Below, piece after piece: positions 49,494 to 61,147 of a DNA stretch of 64,000 nt. The translations under genes were made by a program, and so were the position numbers. The DNA is from an uncultured delta proteobacterium (GTDB taxonomy: Bacteria; Myxococcota_A; Polyangia; Polyangiales; B10-G4), in NCBI GenBank assembly GCA_963727445.1, contig CAVSGI010000008.1, positions 64,001 to 128,000 on the forward strand, read 5' to 3'. The notes below the pieces were generated by a model. It saw only the letters and a list, made by a program, of their open reading frames with translations, was not told where the DNA came from and did no database searches. The first letter of the stretch is position 1, and the number at the start of each line of letters is the position of its first letter.

Positions 49494-52400
49494 TTACTCC
49501 GCCGGCTTGCGTTCCTCGACGCCCGAGTCGGGCTCGGGCTCGCCGCCCGTGCTCTTGGGGGCCGAGTGATCGCGCGTGGTGAGGCGATCCACGTGCCTCA
49601 GTGGCCAGAGCACCGTGCGGCCGACGAATTTCACGGTCCGTGAGTTCGACAGGTCGTCGAGCCAGCTGTAGATCACCGGGGTCGCGATCAGCGTGAGGAC
49701 CAGGGCGAGGATCTGACCGCCGGCGATGACGGATCCCATCGCGCGGTTCGTGCCCGAGCCCGCGCCGCTCGACACGAGGAGCGGGATCATACCGGCGACG
49801 AAGGCGACCGTCGTCATGAGGATGGGGCGAAGGCGGTCTCGGTTCCCGATCATCACCGCGTCGGCGCGTGACAAGCCTTCGCGTCGCAGCTGACGCATGT
49901 GATCGATCTGGAGGATCGCGTTCTTCTTCACGACGCCGAAGAGCACGAGGATCCCCAGCATCGAGTAGATGTTCATCGACTGTCCGAGGATCACGATCGA
50001 CAAGATCGCGAAGGGCAGCGTCAGCGGGAGCGCCGACAGGATCGTGATCGGGTGGATCCAGCTCTCGAACTGGGCGGCGAGCACCAGATACATGAAGGTG
50101 AACGAGAGGAAGACCGCCAGGAGGAAGCTCTGGAAGGCACGCCCGAGCTCTCGCGAGCGGCCGGTCAAGAAGCCGCGATAGGCGGGCTCCATGTGGAGCT
50201 CGTCGCGAAGGCGGTCGAGCTGCTGGGTGATGTCCGCTTCGGAAGAGCCGGGGAGCGTGGCGCAGTAGACCGTCACCTGACGCTGCCGCCCGAGGCGCTG
50301 AATGGCTGCCGGGCCCGTGCTCGGGACGATCCTGGCGACGTCCGCGAGGCGCACCGGTCGCCCGTGCGAGCTGGGCACCGTGATCTGGCTGATCGCCGCC
50401 GGGTCGCGCCTGAAGTCTCCCTCGGCGCGCAGGAAGACGTCGTACTGCTCGCCTCCCTCGCTGTAGTCAGTCACCGCGACACCGCCCACCATCAGACGCA
50501 TGACGCTCGAGACACTGGCAGCGCTCACGCCGAGGTCTGCGGCTCGGTCCCGATCGATGTGCACGTCGTACGCGGGCTGGCCCGTGATCAGAGTCATGTC
50601 CGCGTCGGTGACGCCCGGAATCTCGCGCAGGCCAGCGAGTAGCTCGCTGCGCGTACTCGTCGAGCTTCTCGAGATCGGGCCCACTGATCACGTACTGGAT
50701 GGGCGCGGCAGCCGCACCGCTGCTGCCGAAGGGATTGATGGGCCCGACGATGGTCCGGAGGTGCTCCTGCTCGATGAAGGGCGGGAGGATCTCGTCGCGG
50801 ACCTTCTCGATGACGTCGTCCTGGGTGAAGGAACGCTGGTCGGCGGCGAGAGGAGGACGTAGATCGACGCCTGGTTCGGCCCACGGCCGCTCGGATCACC
50901 CGGCTGGGCTGCCCGTCGTCACGAGCGTCTGCGTCACGCCGGGGAGCTCGCGGGACGCGCCGGGCGACACGCTCCGCGATGAGCTGCGTCTGCGCGAGCG
51001 AGGTGCCCTCGGGCGCCCGAATCGTCACCTCGAAGCGCGACTCGTCCTCGGCGGGAGGAAGTTCTTCGGGAGCGAGCTTCGACGAGCGGAAACATCGAGC
51101 CCAACACCAGGACGAGCAGGATGCCCACCGCCCACCGGTGACGCATCGACGAACGCCAGGAGCTTCAGGTACGCGCGCTCCAAACGGCCGTAGATGCCGC
51201 CGCGCGCCTCGGTGGCCGTGCTCGAGCTCGACCGTGCGCTCACCCGCCGCCAGCCGAGGAACTGCTCGCGCTCCTCGTCGCGGGGACCCGGAGCCGGGTC
51301 GACGACCGTCAGATCGCGCGTCGTGCGCGTCGTCGACCGCTCCGATCGTTCTCGGGCTCCGGGTCGTCGTCAGGCCTCGGACGCACCGGACCCGAGAGCC
51401 ACCGCGAGCAGAGCATCGGGGTCAGCGTGAACGAGACAAGCAGCGACACCAGGATCGCGAACGACATGGTGAAGCCGAAGGAGCTCATGAAGCGGCCGAC
51501 GATGCCGCCCATGAACGCGATCGGCAGGAACACCGCGACCAGCGAGAGCGAGGTCGCGAGGACGGCGAGGCCGATCTCCTTGCGTGGCGAGGACGGCCGC
51601 TCGCCGCGTGGCGCAGCTGCTTCTCCTCGATGAACCGCACGATGTTCTCGAGGACGACGATCGCGTCGTCGATGACGATACCCACCGATAACGTCAGCGC
51701 GAGCAGGGTGATCGATGTTGAGCGTCAGCCCCATCGCCTGCATGAGCGCGAAGGTCGCGATGATCGAGGTCGGGATGGCCAGCGCGGCGATGACCGTCGA
51801 GCGCCCGTTCCACAGGAAGAGCAACACGACGATGGCCGCGAAGAAGCCCGCCCAGGACAGGTGCTCCTCGACCGCGTCGATCGCGTTGCGGATGAACTCG
51901 CTCTCGTCGCGGACGATCTCGAGCCTGGTAGCTCGGCGGAGGGTCTCGCGCAGATCTCGGCGACACGCTCGCGCAGCGCGTCGACGACCGCGATGGTGTT
52001 GGTCCCCGACTGCTTGCGCACCGCAGGATGACGACGTCGCGCCGTTAACGAGCGCGGAGCTCGCAGGGTCCTCCTCGCCGTCGGTCGACGTCTGCGCCAC
52101 GTCGCCGACGCGGACGACCGGTCGCCGTTCGCGGTCGCGACGGGAGGGTCGCGAACTCCGCGGGGTCCCGAACGCGGCCCTGCACGCGGAGCTGAAGAGT
52201 GCGCGCGCCCTGCTCGACGTCGCCGCCGGGGAGCTCGACGTTCTCGGTGGCGAGCGCACGCTGCACGTCGATCGCGCGTCAGGCCGTAGCTGGCGAGCGC
52301 CGACCGGATTCACGGTCACGTGGATCTCGCCGTCCGCGCCCGCCGCTGAGCACGACGCCGCCGACGCCGGGAGCGACTCGATGCGACGCCGGATCACCCG

Positions 52401-52878
52401 GTCCGCGAAGTCGGTCGCCTCTCGCGAGGTGCGCGTCGAGATGCACCGCGATCTGCATGACCGGGCGCGGCATCCGGATCGATCTTCTGGATCTGCGGCT
52501 GCTCGATGCCGCTCGGGCAGCGAGGAGAGGATGCGGTTGACGCGGTCCCGCACGTCTTGCGCGGCGTCGTCGACGTCCTTCTCGAGGTCGAAGCGCACCA
52601 TGACGACGCACATGCCCTCGTAGGAGTTGCTGATGAGCTCGTCGACCCCGGCGATGGAGTTGACCGCCTCCTCGATGGGGTCGGTGACCTCGGTCTCGAC
52701 CTGCTCCGGCGACGCGCCCGGCAGCTGGGTCGAGATGATCGACCATCGGGAAGTCGACCTTCGGGAACCGGTCGACGCCGAGGTCGAAGATGCTCGCCCC
52801 ACCGACGACGACGAGGCCCAGCATCATCACCCAGGTGAAGACCGGTCGACGGACACATATGCGGGCGAGCCACTGCAC
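49494..52878 (-). CDS. RND efflux transporter permease (AcrB family); heavily frameshifted
   Basis: [38 protein letters not shown] and RLRPILMTT across fragments. Confidence 0.9.
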
Positions 52879-52882
52879 GCGA

Positions 52883-54103
52883 TCAGTCCCCGACCACCGC
52901 GACGCGCATTCCGTCGGCGAGCTCACCGATGTGGTCGGTCGCCACCTGCTCGCCCGGCGCCACACCTTCCCGCACGACGACCTCGTCCGAGGTTCGCTCC
53001 GCCACCGTGATCACTCGCTCCTCCACCACGTCGTCCTTGACGACGAAGACGCGTTCGACGCCGGCGAGAGGCAGGACGGCCTCTGCCGGGATCACCGCAG
53101 TCTCACGCGTCTCTCCCGAGGCGATCCGCGCCCTGGCGAACATCCCGGGCCGAAGGGTCCCGTCCTCGTTGTCGAGCACCGCCTCGACGGTGAGGCTTCG
53201 CGTGTCCCGCTGCACCGCAGCGCTGACGTAGCGGACGGTGCCCTCGAAGCGCTCGTCGGGAAGCGCGTCGATGCTCACGTTCACCGTGTTGCCCACGCTC
53301 ACGTCGCGGAGGTTCTGCTGGGGGACCTGGATCTCCATGCGGAGCGGGTTCGTGCGCACGAGCGTCACGAGGGGTGCCTGCGGCGTCACGTACTCCCCCA
53401 CCGAGACCATCCGGTCCGCAATCTCGCCTGCAAACGGCGCCCGGACGATGGTCTCGCTCACCGAGCTCGACGCCTGGTTGAGCGCCACCTGGGCGCTCGA
53501 CAGGGACGCGACGGCGGCGCGGGCGCCGTTCAAGGCGGACTGGTACTGGTCGTCGGCCGTGGAGGCCCGGGTCCGCACCTCCTCGAGCTCCTGCTCCGAC
53601 ATCGCGCCCCTGCGCAGGAGCTCCTCGCTCCGCTCGAGGGTCTGACGCGCGAGGTCGGCGTTGGCGCGGGCGGCGCGCACCTCGGGGGTTTCGTCGGGCG
53701 CTGGCGCCTCTTCGCCCGCGGAGATGCCGAGCCGCGCGCGGGCCTGCTCGAGCTGAGCGTTGGCCGCGCGTGCCTGGAGCCGGTAGTCGACGTCCCGAAG
53801 CCGCACCAGCGGCGCGCCCTCTTCGACCTGCGAGCCGCGCTCGACGAGCACCGCGGTCACGCGTCCCGGCACGATGGAGGTCACGTTAGAGTCCTCGTCC
53901 GCGAGGAGCGTTCCGTCAATCACCAGGGTGTCGGGTAGCTCGCGGGCCGCGGCGGTGGCGACGTGCACGTCGACCACGCGCTCCTCCTCGGTCGCGCTAC
54001 CGCCGTTCGCCGCGCTCGAGTCGCCACACGCCTGGGCGCCGAGCGCGCACAAGAGCGCGAAGGCGGTCATCGAAGCCGTCGCCGTCTCAGTCGTTCTTCG
54101 CAT
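52883..54103 (-). CDS. RND membrane fusion protein (periplasmic adaptor)
   Basis: Lipobox-like AQAC; IVRAPFAG; LRPGMFARA; IPAEAV. Confidence 0.92.
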   Translation of the reverse strand: MRRTTETATASMTAFALLCALGAQACGDSSAANGGSATEEERVVDVHVATAAARELPDTLVIDGTLLADEDSNVTSIVPGRVTAVLVERGSQVEEGAPLVRLRDVDYRLQARAANAQLEQARARLGISAGEEAPAPDETPEVRAARANADLARQTLERSEELLRRGAMSEQELEEVRTRASTADDQYQSALNGARAAVASLSSAQVALNQASSSVSETIVRAPFAGEIADRMVSVGEYVTPQAPLVTLVRTNPLRMEIQVPQQNLRDVSVGNTVNVSIDALPDERFEGTVRYVSAAVQRDTRSLTVEAVLDNEDGTLRPGMFARARIASGETRETAVIPAEAVLPLAGVERVFVVKDDVVEERVITVAERTSDEVVVREGVAPGEQVATDHIGELADGMRVAVVGD

Positions 54104-54707
54104 GGTCTTCGCTCTCGCGTGGTCTGAGCAGTTGGATCAGAGTGGTCACCTCGGGCATCGGGAAAGGCATCTCACCGTCTCCGGGCGGGCGGATGCTCAT
54201 GCCCCGAATGAGGCAGACGATCACACTGGTGAGCTGGGCCGGATCGATGTCGGCGACGATCTCCCCCCGCTCCTGACACGCTTCGACGAGCACCTGCATG
54301 CGCTCGCGAAGATGGGTCGCGCGCTCGAACGCCGCCTCCCGCAGACCGTCCGGAAGCCCACCGATCAGCATCGCCTGGGTCATCAGCTGCATCGACTCGG
54401 GGCTGTTCTGCATCCGCTCGAAGGACGCCGTCAGGGTGCGCGTGAGGCGTTGACGCGGGCTCTCCCCCTCCTCGTCGAACTGGCTCTCCAGCTGCATCAT
54501 CATCTCGTCCATCAGGGCCGCGAAGAGCGCTTCTTTGGAGCGGAAATAGTGATAGACCAGTCCGTGGCTCAGTCCGGCCTCGGCCGCGATGTCCGAGATT
54601 TTCGTGAAAGAGAATCCCTTCTGGGCAAAAACCCGCTCCGCCGCGCGAAGGATCGAATCTCGGCGGGCATCGCGTATTTGCTGGTTGTTCTCGGGGGAAC
54701 GCGGCAC
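54087..54707 (-). CDS. TetR/AcrR family regulator
   Basis: ILRAAERVFAQKGF...IAAEAGLSHGLVYHYFRSKEALF. GTG start inferred. Confidence 0.93.
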   Translation of the reverse strand: MPRSPENNQQIRDARRDSILRAAERVFAQKGFSFTKISDIAAEAGLSHGLVYHYFRSKEALFAALMDEMMMQLESQFDEEGESPRQRLTRTLTASFERMQNSPESMQLMTQAMLIGGLPDGLREAAFERATHLRERMQVLVEACQERGEIVADIDPAQLTSVIVCLIRGMSIRPPGDGEMPFPMPEVTTLIQLLRPRESEDHAKND

Positions 54708-54732
54708 TAGGGTCCCTGTCGACGACGTTGAT

Positions 54733-54750
54733 TGACTCGTCGACCAGTCA
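54733..54750. promoter_or_regulatory. Putative TetR operator
   Basis: TGACTCGTCGACCAGTCA, an 18-bp palindrome with one mismatched pair, in the divergent tetR/tolC spacer. Confidence 0.6.
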
Positions 54751-54802
54751 TGGCGCCTCGGGTACCACTTCGTCAAGCCCCAAAGTTCTGGAGACAGTTT
54801 TC

Positions 54803-56077
54803 ATGAGCCGTTCTCTCGCTCTTCTGATCCTCGCTCAAACGCTGTTCACCCCCACCGTCGTGCTGGCGCAGCAGCCCCTCAGCGACTTCATCGCCTCGGC
54901 GAACGAGCACGCGCTCGACGCCCGCCAGGCTCGTGCTGCCCTTCAGCGCGCGGACGCGGCGACGGAGCTCGCGCGCGCTCGTCTCCTGCCCAATGCGCAG
55001 GCCTCGGCGACGTACACGCGCAACCAGTACCAGGTGCAGTTCGACAACTTTCTGATGCCGATGGGCGACCCGATCACCATTCAGGCGTACGACCAGATGT
55101 TCGCGAACGTCGCCATCAACGTTCCACTCATCGATATCGCGGGGTGGGCGGTCTACTTCCAGAACGACGCGAACGCCGACGCCGCAGAAGCACAGACCGA
55201 GCTCGCGCTTCAGAGCGTGCACGTGGCGGTGGTCCAGATGTGGCACCGCCTCGTCGCCTCGCGCGCGCTCGTCGCGGCCGCGCGCCAGTCCATCGACGTC
55301 GCGGAGCAAGCCCGGCGCAACGTCGAGGCCCGCGTCGAGGTCGGGGCGAGCGCGCAGCTCGAGCTCTCGCGCGCGACCGCCGAGGTCGAGCGGAGGAGGC
55401 AGGTGCTCGCCGAGGCCGAGCTCCAGGCCACCCTGGCGGCCAACGACCTCGCGAACCTCACCGGCCTCACCCCCGACGAGCAGCCCGCGGAGCTCGACGA
55501 CGACGGTCACCCGGAGCCCCCCCTCGACGAATTCCTCGCGAATCTGAGCGGCCTGCCTCAGGTGCAGGCCGCCGACAGCCAGCGCGACGCGAACAGCACC
55601 GCCCAGACGGCGGCATGGCTCGGATTTCTCCCGCAGATCGTGGGGCAGTTCAACGAGCGCGCGACCAACGCCTCCGGTTTCTCGCCCAAGACGCAGTGGT
55701 CGCTGACCCTCAACGCGATCTGGACGCTCGACTACGGCCGCGTCGCCAACGTGATGCTCGCCGACGCCGGCGCGGCGGCTGCCGAGGTCCAATACGACCG
55801 CGCGGAGCAGCAGGCCCGGACCGCCATCTTCGAGGCCTGGCATCGCGTCAGGACCGCGATCGTGCAGCGCCAGGCGGCCATCGCCGCCGAGGAGGCGAGC
55901 GCGATCGCCTTGGAGAACGCGACCGCGCGCTTCGAAGCCGGCGCCGGCACGCAGATCGAGCAGATCCAAGCGCAGCGCGATCGCTTCGACGCCCGCGTCG
56001 CGCGCATCCAGGCGACGGCGAACCTCCGCGTCGCCCGCGCGGCGCTCCGCCTGAGCTCCGGGATGATCGTCGAGTGA
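54803..56077 (+). CDS. TolC family outer membrane efflux protein
   Basis: Signal peptide; two OEP repeats (ARARLLP...NVPL; ARFEAGAGT); divergent from MFP/RND. Confidence 0.9.
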   Translation: MSRSLALLILAQTLFTPTVVLAQQPLSDFIASANEHALDARQARAALQRADAATELARARLLPNAQASATYTRNQYQVQFDNFLMPMGDPITIQAYDQMFANVAINVPLIDIAGWAVYFQNDANADAAEAQTELALQSVHVAVVQMWHRLVASRALVAAARQSIDVAEQARRNVEARVEVGASAQLELSRATAEVERRRQVLAEAELQATLAANDLANLTGLTPDEQPAELDDDGHPEPPLDEFLANLSGLPQVQAADSQRDANSTAQTAAWLGFLPQIVGQFNERATNASGFSPKTQWSLTLNAIWTLDYGRVANVMLADAGAAAAEVQYDRAEQQARTAIFEAWHRVRTAIVQRQAAIAAEEASAIALENATARFEAGAGTQIEQIQAQRDRFDARVARIQATANLRVARAALRLSSGMIVE

Positions 56078-56134
56078 GCTGAGGGGTACCGCCTGGCTCC
56101 TCGTTCCCTTCGGCCCTATCCTCCTGTCCCCGCC

Positions 56135-56819
56135 ATGCGCCACCTCACCCTTCATCGCCTCGGCCGTGTCCCTTACGGGCCGACCCATGCGCTTCAGCAG
56201 CGGCTTGCAGGTCGCGCGGCAGCGGGGTGAGATCGGCGACACGATTCTGCTCCTCGAGCACGATCCGGTGATCACCCTCGGGCGGGGTGCGAAGGAGCGG
56301 CACGTGCTCTTGACGCCCGAGGCGCTCGAAGCGCGCGGGTTCGAGGTGCACGAGGTCGGGCGCGGCGGCGACGTGACCTATCACGGCCCCGGCCAGCTCG
56401 TGGCGTATCCGATCCTCGACCTGGCCCCGGATCGCAAAGACGTCCGCAAGTACGTGCGCGACCTCGAGGAGACGATGATCCGCATCGCTGCCGATTACGG
56501 GGTCGCGGCCGGACGCGTCGACGGTCTCAACGGCGCATGGGTCGAAGACAGCCGGAAGATCGGCGCCATCGGCGTTCGCATCAGCCGCTGGGTGACGATG
56601 CACGGCTTCGCCCTCAACGTCACCACCGACCTCTCCCACTTCCGGGTGATCGTGCCTTGTGGGATCAGCGGCAAGGGCGTCACCTCCCTCGCCACCGAGA
56701 CCGGGGAAGCGCCGAATATGCGTGACGTCGAGGAGGCCGCCGGGCGCCACTTCGCCACGATCTTCGACGCCGAGATCGAATGGCGCGACGGAGAGCCCGC
56801 GCTCGAAGCGGCCGAATGA
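56135..56819 (+). CDS. lipB: Lipoyl(octanoyl) transferase (frameshift near 56205)
   Basis: MRHLTLHRLGRVPY from ATG 56135, then LEHDPVITLG, RGGDVTYHGPGQLV, KIGAIG, HGFALNV and IVPCG. Confidence 0.93.
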
Positions 56820-56862
56820 CCTGCTTGGGGCCGCCTCCCGTCGGCACTATCCTCTCGGTGCC

Positions 56863-58830
56863 TTGACCGACGAGAGACAAGTCCCGCTCGAAGGCGCGCG
56901 CACGCTCGAAGACGAGCCGTGGTTCGAGCAGGCCAAGACGCTCGAGGGGATGAGTCCCTCTCAAACCATCGTCCCGAAGCAAGGCACGCCGGATCCGAAC
57001 GCCAAGGCCGCGCTCACGGCGCTGGAGACTGCTTCGGCACAACGCTCCAAAGGCATCGCCGCCGGCATCGAGCTCGGGGCGACGCTCGGCGAAGGCGGCA
57101 TGGGGATCGTCCGCGTGGGCACCCAGCTGGCGCTCGGGCGACCTGTCGCCGTCAAGACGCTCAAGCCCGGCTTCGAAGGTGACCGCGCGACCCTGAAGGT
57201 GCTGCGCGAGGCGTGGATCACCGGCTCCCTCGAGCACCCCAACGTGGTCCCGGTCTACGACCTCGGCGTCGACGACGAGGGACGACCGCTCATCGTCCTC
57301 AAGAAGATTGAAGGCACGGAGTGGACCGACCTGATGCGCGACGCCGACGCCGTGAGAGAGAAGTTCGGCGTCCACGACCTCTTCGAGTGGAACCTGTCGA
57401 TCCTCCTGTCGGTCTGTAACGCCGTTCGCTTCGCGCACGCTCGGCACGTGCTCCACCGCGACCTCAAGCCCGAGAACGTGATGGTCGGCGAGTTCGGCGA
57501 GGTCTACGTGGTGGACTGGGGGATCGCCATCAGCACGAAGGACGACGGGACGGGGCGTTTCCCCGTCGCCGACTCCGCGACGGAGATGGCCGGGACGCCG
57601 TACTACATGGCGCCCGAGATGCTGGGCGGCGCGAACGCGCGCTTGGACGAGCGCAGCGACGTCTATCTCCTCGGCTCCATCCTCTACGAGATCGTGGTCG
57701 GACATCCTCCTCACGTGGGGCCCAATCTGATGGCGGTCGTCGCCTCGGTCGCAGCCTCGGAGCCCAGGGTCCCCGAGGAGGTCCCCGACGAGCTTCGAGA
57801 GATCCTGCGCCGTGCGATGGCGCGGGACCGGGCCGATCGCTACGACTCCGTCGACGACTTCCGCCTCGCGATCATCGAGTTCCTCGAGCACCGGGGCTCG
57901 ATGCGCATGGCGACGGAAGCCGAAGAGAGGCGCGCGCACCTCGCCGGCTACATCGCCGCGTCCAGCGTCGGCGACGATCGCGCGCGCGATCGCATCTACA
58001 CCCTCTTCAGCGAATGTCGCTTCGGCTATCGGAGCGCCCTCGACGCCTGGCGGGACAACCCGCTCGCCCAGGACGGCCTGCGCGCCGCCACCGAGGCGAT
58101 GATCGATTACGAGCTCGCGCAGGGTGATCCGCGCGCCGCCGCCGCCCTGGCGGCTCAGCTCCCGGACATCTCGCCGGAGCTCGAAGCGCAGATCGAAGCC
58201 GCCGCCGAGGAGAAGGCCGCTCTTCAGCGCAGACTCGAAGCGGCGCAGCAGCAGGAAGACCAGTCGATCGGACGGCGCACGCGCATCTTCCTCGCGCTCC
58301 TCTTCAGCATCATTTGGACCCTCGCGCCGCTCGCGATCTGGCTCACCGGCTACGAGCCGGGTTGGGCGGAGACCTTCGCAGGACCCGGTCTGCTCGCCGC
58401 CGGTCTCTTGGGGGCGGGCTTCTGGGCGCGCGAGTCGCTCGGCAAGACGGCCTTCAACCGCCGCGTCAGCGGGCTGGTCTTCGTCGCCTTCGCGATGCAG
58501 CTGCCGCTCCACTTCGGCCACTGGCTCGTGGGGATGGAAGCGTCCGAGAGTCAGGTGCAGGCGCTCGGCCTCTGGGCGTCCGCCCTCGCCTTCGCCATCG
58601 TCACCGTGGACAGGCGCATCTGGCCCGCGTTCGTCATGACCACCATCGGTTACCTGCTGGCGAGCATCGACGCCACGTTGCGCTGGCCGATCATGGCCAT
58701 CAACGCGGTGGTCATGCTTGTGAACATCGCGTTCATCTGGCGAGTGGAACCGGAGGACGTCGGTGCGATGGTGGAGGAGCGGCTGCCGCGCTTCACCCGG
58801 CGCCCGCCGCCTCCCGAATCAGATCCCTGA
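56863..58830 (+). CDS. Ser/Thr protein kinase with C-terminal multi-TM domain
   Basis: LGEGGMGIV, HRDLKPEN, DWG and GTPYYMAPE; about six C-terminal TM helices. Start uncertain (56863 or 56950). Confidence 0.9.
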   Translation: MTDERQVPLEGARTLEDEPWFEQAKTLEGMSPSQTIVPKQGTPDPNAKAALTALETASAQRSKGIAAGIELGATLGEGGMGIVRVGTQLALGRPVAVKTLKPGFEGDRATLKVLREAWITGSLEHPNVVPVYDLGVDDEGRPLIVLKKIEGTEWTDLMRDADAVREKFGVHDLFEWNLSILLSVCNAVRFAHARHVLHRDLKPENVMVGEFGEVYVVDWGIAISTKDDGTGRFPVADSATEMAGTPYYMAPEMLGGANARLDERSDVYLLGSILYEIVVGHPPHVGPNLMAVVASVAASEPRVPEEVPDELREILRRAMARDRADRYDSVDDFRLAIIEFLEHRGSMRMATEAEERRAHLAGYIAASSVGDDRARDRIYTLFSECRFGYRSALDAWRDNPLAQDGLRAATEAMIDYELAQGDPRAAAALAAQLPDISPELEAQIEAAAEEKAALQRRLEAAQQQEDQSIGRRTRIFLALLFSIIWTLAPLAIWLTGYEPGWAETFAGPGLLAAGLLGAGFWARESLGKTAFNRRVSGLVFVAFAMQLPLHFGHWLVGMEASESQVQALGLWASALAFAIVTVDRRIWPAFVMTTIGYLLASIDATLRWPIMAINAVVMLVNIAFIWRVEPEDVGAMVEERLPRFTRRPPPPESDP

Positions 58831-59569
58831 CGCCGCTGGCGAAGATGTCCGCCATCTCGCGGTAGAGCGCCTCGCCCTCCGTCGCGCTGGCCTCGGCCGG
58901 GGCCCCGAAGTACGCCCGCGGACCGCCCGCATCGAGGAAGGTCTTCTTCCCCTCGCGGATGGCGGTGGAGAGGCTGCTCCAATTCGCGGGGAGCTCGGCG
59001 GCGACCTTCTCCTTCACCAGCGAAGGGCGCGCGGCCATCACCAGGCTCGTCTCGTAGGAGCCGGCATGACATGCGCCGCTCTTGAACTCCTCGCCCAGGC
59101 GGAGCGCGTGCGGCTTCCGGGTCACGTCGGGAAACGTCGCGAGAGCGCCGGTCTGGCGTGCCTGTGCCACCGCCCCGCGGAGCGCCGCGATGTTGTCGGG
59201 CTCGAGGTGGGCGTTGCACACCACCACGCCGCGAAAGCCGGCGCGCACCGCGCCCAGGATCACGTCGCGCACCAGCGCCTCGGAGGTCTCCCGCGGAAGC
59301 GAGAGCGTCCCCGCGAAGTCCCCGGCGTATTCGGTGACCGCATACGGGATCGGCGGCAGCACCACCGCCGCCGCGCCCTCTTCGGCGAGAATCGCCGCTG
59401 CACGCAGCGCGCCCTGGTGGGCGATGATCACGTCGGTCTCGAGCGGGAGATGAGGCCCGTGCGCCTCGGTGGCGCCGGTCGGCAGGAGCGCCCAGGCGCC
59501 GCGCGCGACCGCCGCCTGCGCCTCCTCGTAGGTCATCGAGGCGAGCTCGTGCGCGTGGCTGTCGCTCAT
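58793..59569 (-). CDS. Creatininase family amidohydrolase
   Basis: LPTGATEAHGPHLPLETD, NAH and HAGSYETS. Confidence 0.9.
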   Translation of the reverse strand: MSDSHAHELASMTYEEAQAAVARGAWALLPTGATEAHGPHLPLETDVIIAHQGALRAAAILAEEGAAAVVLPPIPYAVTEYAGDFAGTLSLPRETSEALVRDVILGAVRAGFRGVVVCNAHLEPDNIAALRGAVAQARQTGALATFPDVTRKPHALRLGEEFKSGACHAGSYETSLVMAARPSLVKEKVAAELPANWSSLSTAIREGKKTFLDAGGPRAYFGAPAEASATEGEALYREMADIFASGVRDLIREAAGAG

Positions 59570-61110
59570 CGGAGCTCTCGCCTCAGGATCTTGCCCCTGT
59601 CGTTACGCGGCAGCGCATCGAGGAAGGAGACCGCGCGGGGGAATTTGTACTTCGCGAGGCGCGTCTTGACGTGCTCCTGGAGCTCGCCGGCCAGCGTCTC
59701 GCCTGCGTCGAAGCCGTCGCGCACTACCACGAAGGCCTTGGGGATGGTGAGCCCGTCCCCGTCGTCGACGCCCACCACCGCGCACTCCTTCACCGCCGGA
59801 TGCTTGGCGAGGCAACCCTCGATCTCGAGCGGGCTCACGAACATGCCGCGCACCTTGAGCATGTCGTCGCCGCGGCCGGCGTAGTAGTAGTAGCCCCGTG
59901 CGTCGCGCCGGAAGAGGTCTGCGGTCACCGCCCACTCGCCCACGTAAGTCGCCTCGGACTTCGCCTTGTCGCCCCAGTAACAGAGCGCCTTGCTGCGCCC
60001 CTTGATCCACAGGCGCCCGATCTCCCCATCGGCCACGTCTTTGCCATCCGCGCCGACGATGCGTGCCTGGTAGCCGGGGACGATCCTGCCCAGCGAGCCC
60101 AGCTTCACGTCGCCCGGATAGTTGGTGATGTAGATGTGGAACATCTCCGCCGAGCCGATCCCATCGAGGATCTCGCACTTCGGGTGACGCGCGATCCAGC
60201 GCTCGTAGAGCTCGGCCGGGAGCGCTTCGCCAGCGCTCAAGCACATCCGCAGGCTCGACAGGTCTGCGTCGCGCTCCGAATCGACCATCATCCGAATCAT
60301 CGCGGGCACGTTGGTCAGCACGGTGACGCCGTGCTTTTCGATGTGATCGAAGAGTCGGTCCGGCGTGGGCTTTTCTGGGAAGAGCACCGCCGTCCCGCCG
60401 ACGGCGAAGGGAAACATCAAGTTGGTCCCGGTGGCGTAGCCGAAGAAGAGACGGGAGACGCTCACGAAGACATCGTCCTGGTCGAGGCCCAGGACCTTCT
60501 TCGCGTATCGCTCGGTGTTCCACGGGAAGTCTCCGTGGAAGTGAACCGCCCCTTTCGGTTTGCCGGTGGTGCCGCTGGTGAAGAGCCAGCCCGAGATGTC
60601 GTCGCGACCCGTGTCCGCGTTGTCGGTGTCGGCTCGCGCCGCCGACAGCGCGCTCTCCCACTCGTCGAAGCCCGGCGCTTCACCGCCGACTACGAAGCGC
60701 GCTTTCACTCGCGCGATCCCTTCGAGCGCGGGCACCAATCGGTCGAGGGTCGACGCATGGGCGACGACCGCCTTGGCGCGCGTGTACTCGAGGAGGTAAC
60801 GCATGTCCTCTTCCGGCACGAGCGGGTTGCCCATGCAGAAGACGCCGCCCGCTTTGAGGATCCCGAACCAGGCATCGACGAACTCGATGCCGTCGGGCAG
60901 GAGCATCAGCACCCGATCTTCGACGTCCACGCCGCGGTCGGCGAGCGCCCAGCGCGCGCGGTCGGCCCGCTCCTGGACCTCTCGATAGGTCCACGCGTCG
61001 TCGCCCACCACGACCGCCGTTCGGTCGCCCTTCCCCTCACGCACCCGGGCGTCGAGGAAATAGTCAGCCATGTTGAAGCGCTCGGGGATCTCGAAGAAGT
61101 CGTCAGCCAC
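59566..61110 (-). CDS. Benzoate-CoA ligase family AMP-binding enzyme
   Basis: FTSGTTGKPKG, LFFGYA, SAGEALP, DGIGSAE and GRGDDMLKV. Confidence 0.88.
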   Translation of the reverse strand: MADDFFEIPERFNMADYFLDARVREGKGDRTAVVVGDDAWTYREVQERADRARWALADRGVDVEDRVLMLLPDGIEFVDAWFGILKAGGVFCMGNPLVPEEDMRYLLEYTRAKAVVAHASTLDRLVPALEGIARVKARFVVGGEAPGFDEWESALSAARADTDNADTGRDDISGWLFTSGTTGKPKGAVHFHGDFPWNTERYAKKVLGLDQDDVFVSVSRLFFGYATGTNLMFPFAVGGTAVLFPEKPTPDRLFDHIEKHGVTVLTNVPAMIRMMVDSERDADLSSLRMCLSAGEALPAELYERWIARHPKCEILDGIGSAEMFHIYITNYPGDVKLGSLGRIVPGYQARIVGADGKDVADGEIGRLWIKGRSKALCYWGDKAKSEATYVGEWAVTADLFRRDARGYYYYAGRGDDMLKVRGMFVSPLEIEGCLAKHPAVKECAVVGVDDGDGLTIPKAFVVVRDGFDAGETLAGELQEHVKTRLAKYKFPRAVSFLDALPRNDRGKILRRELR

Positions 61111-61147
61111 GGCGGCGGAGCTTAGCAGCTGCCGGACGACGATCAGC

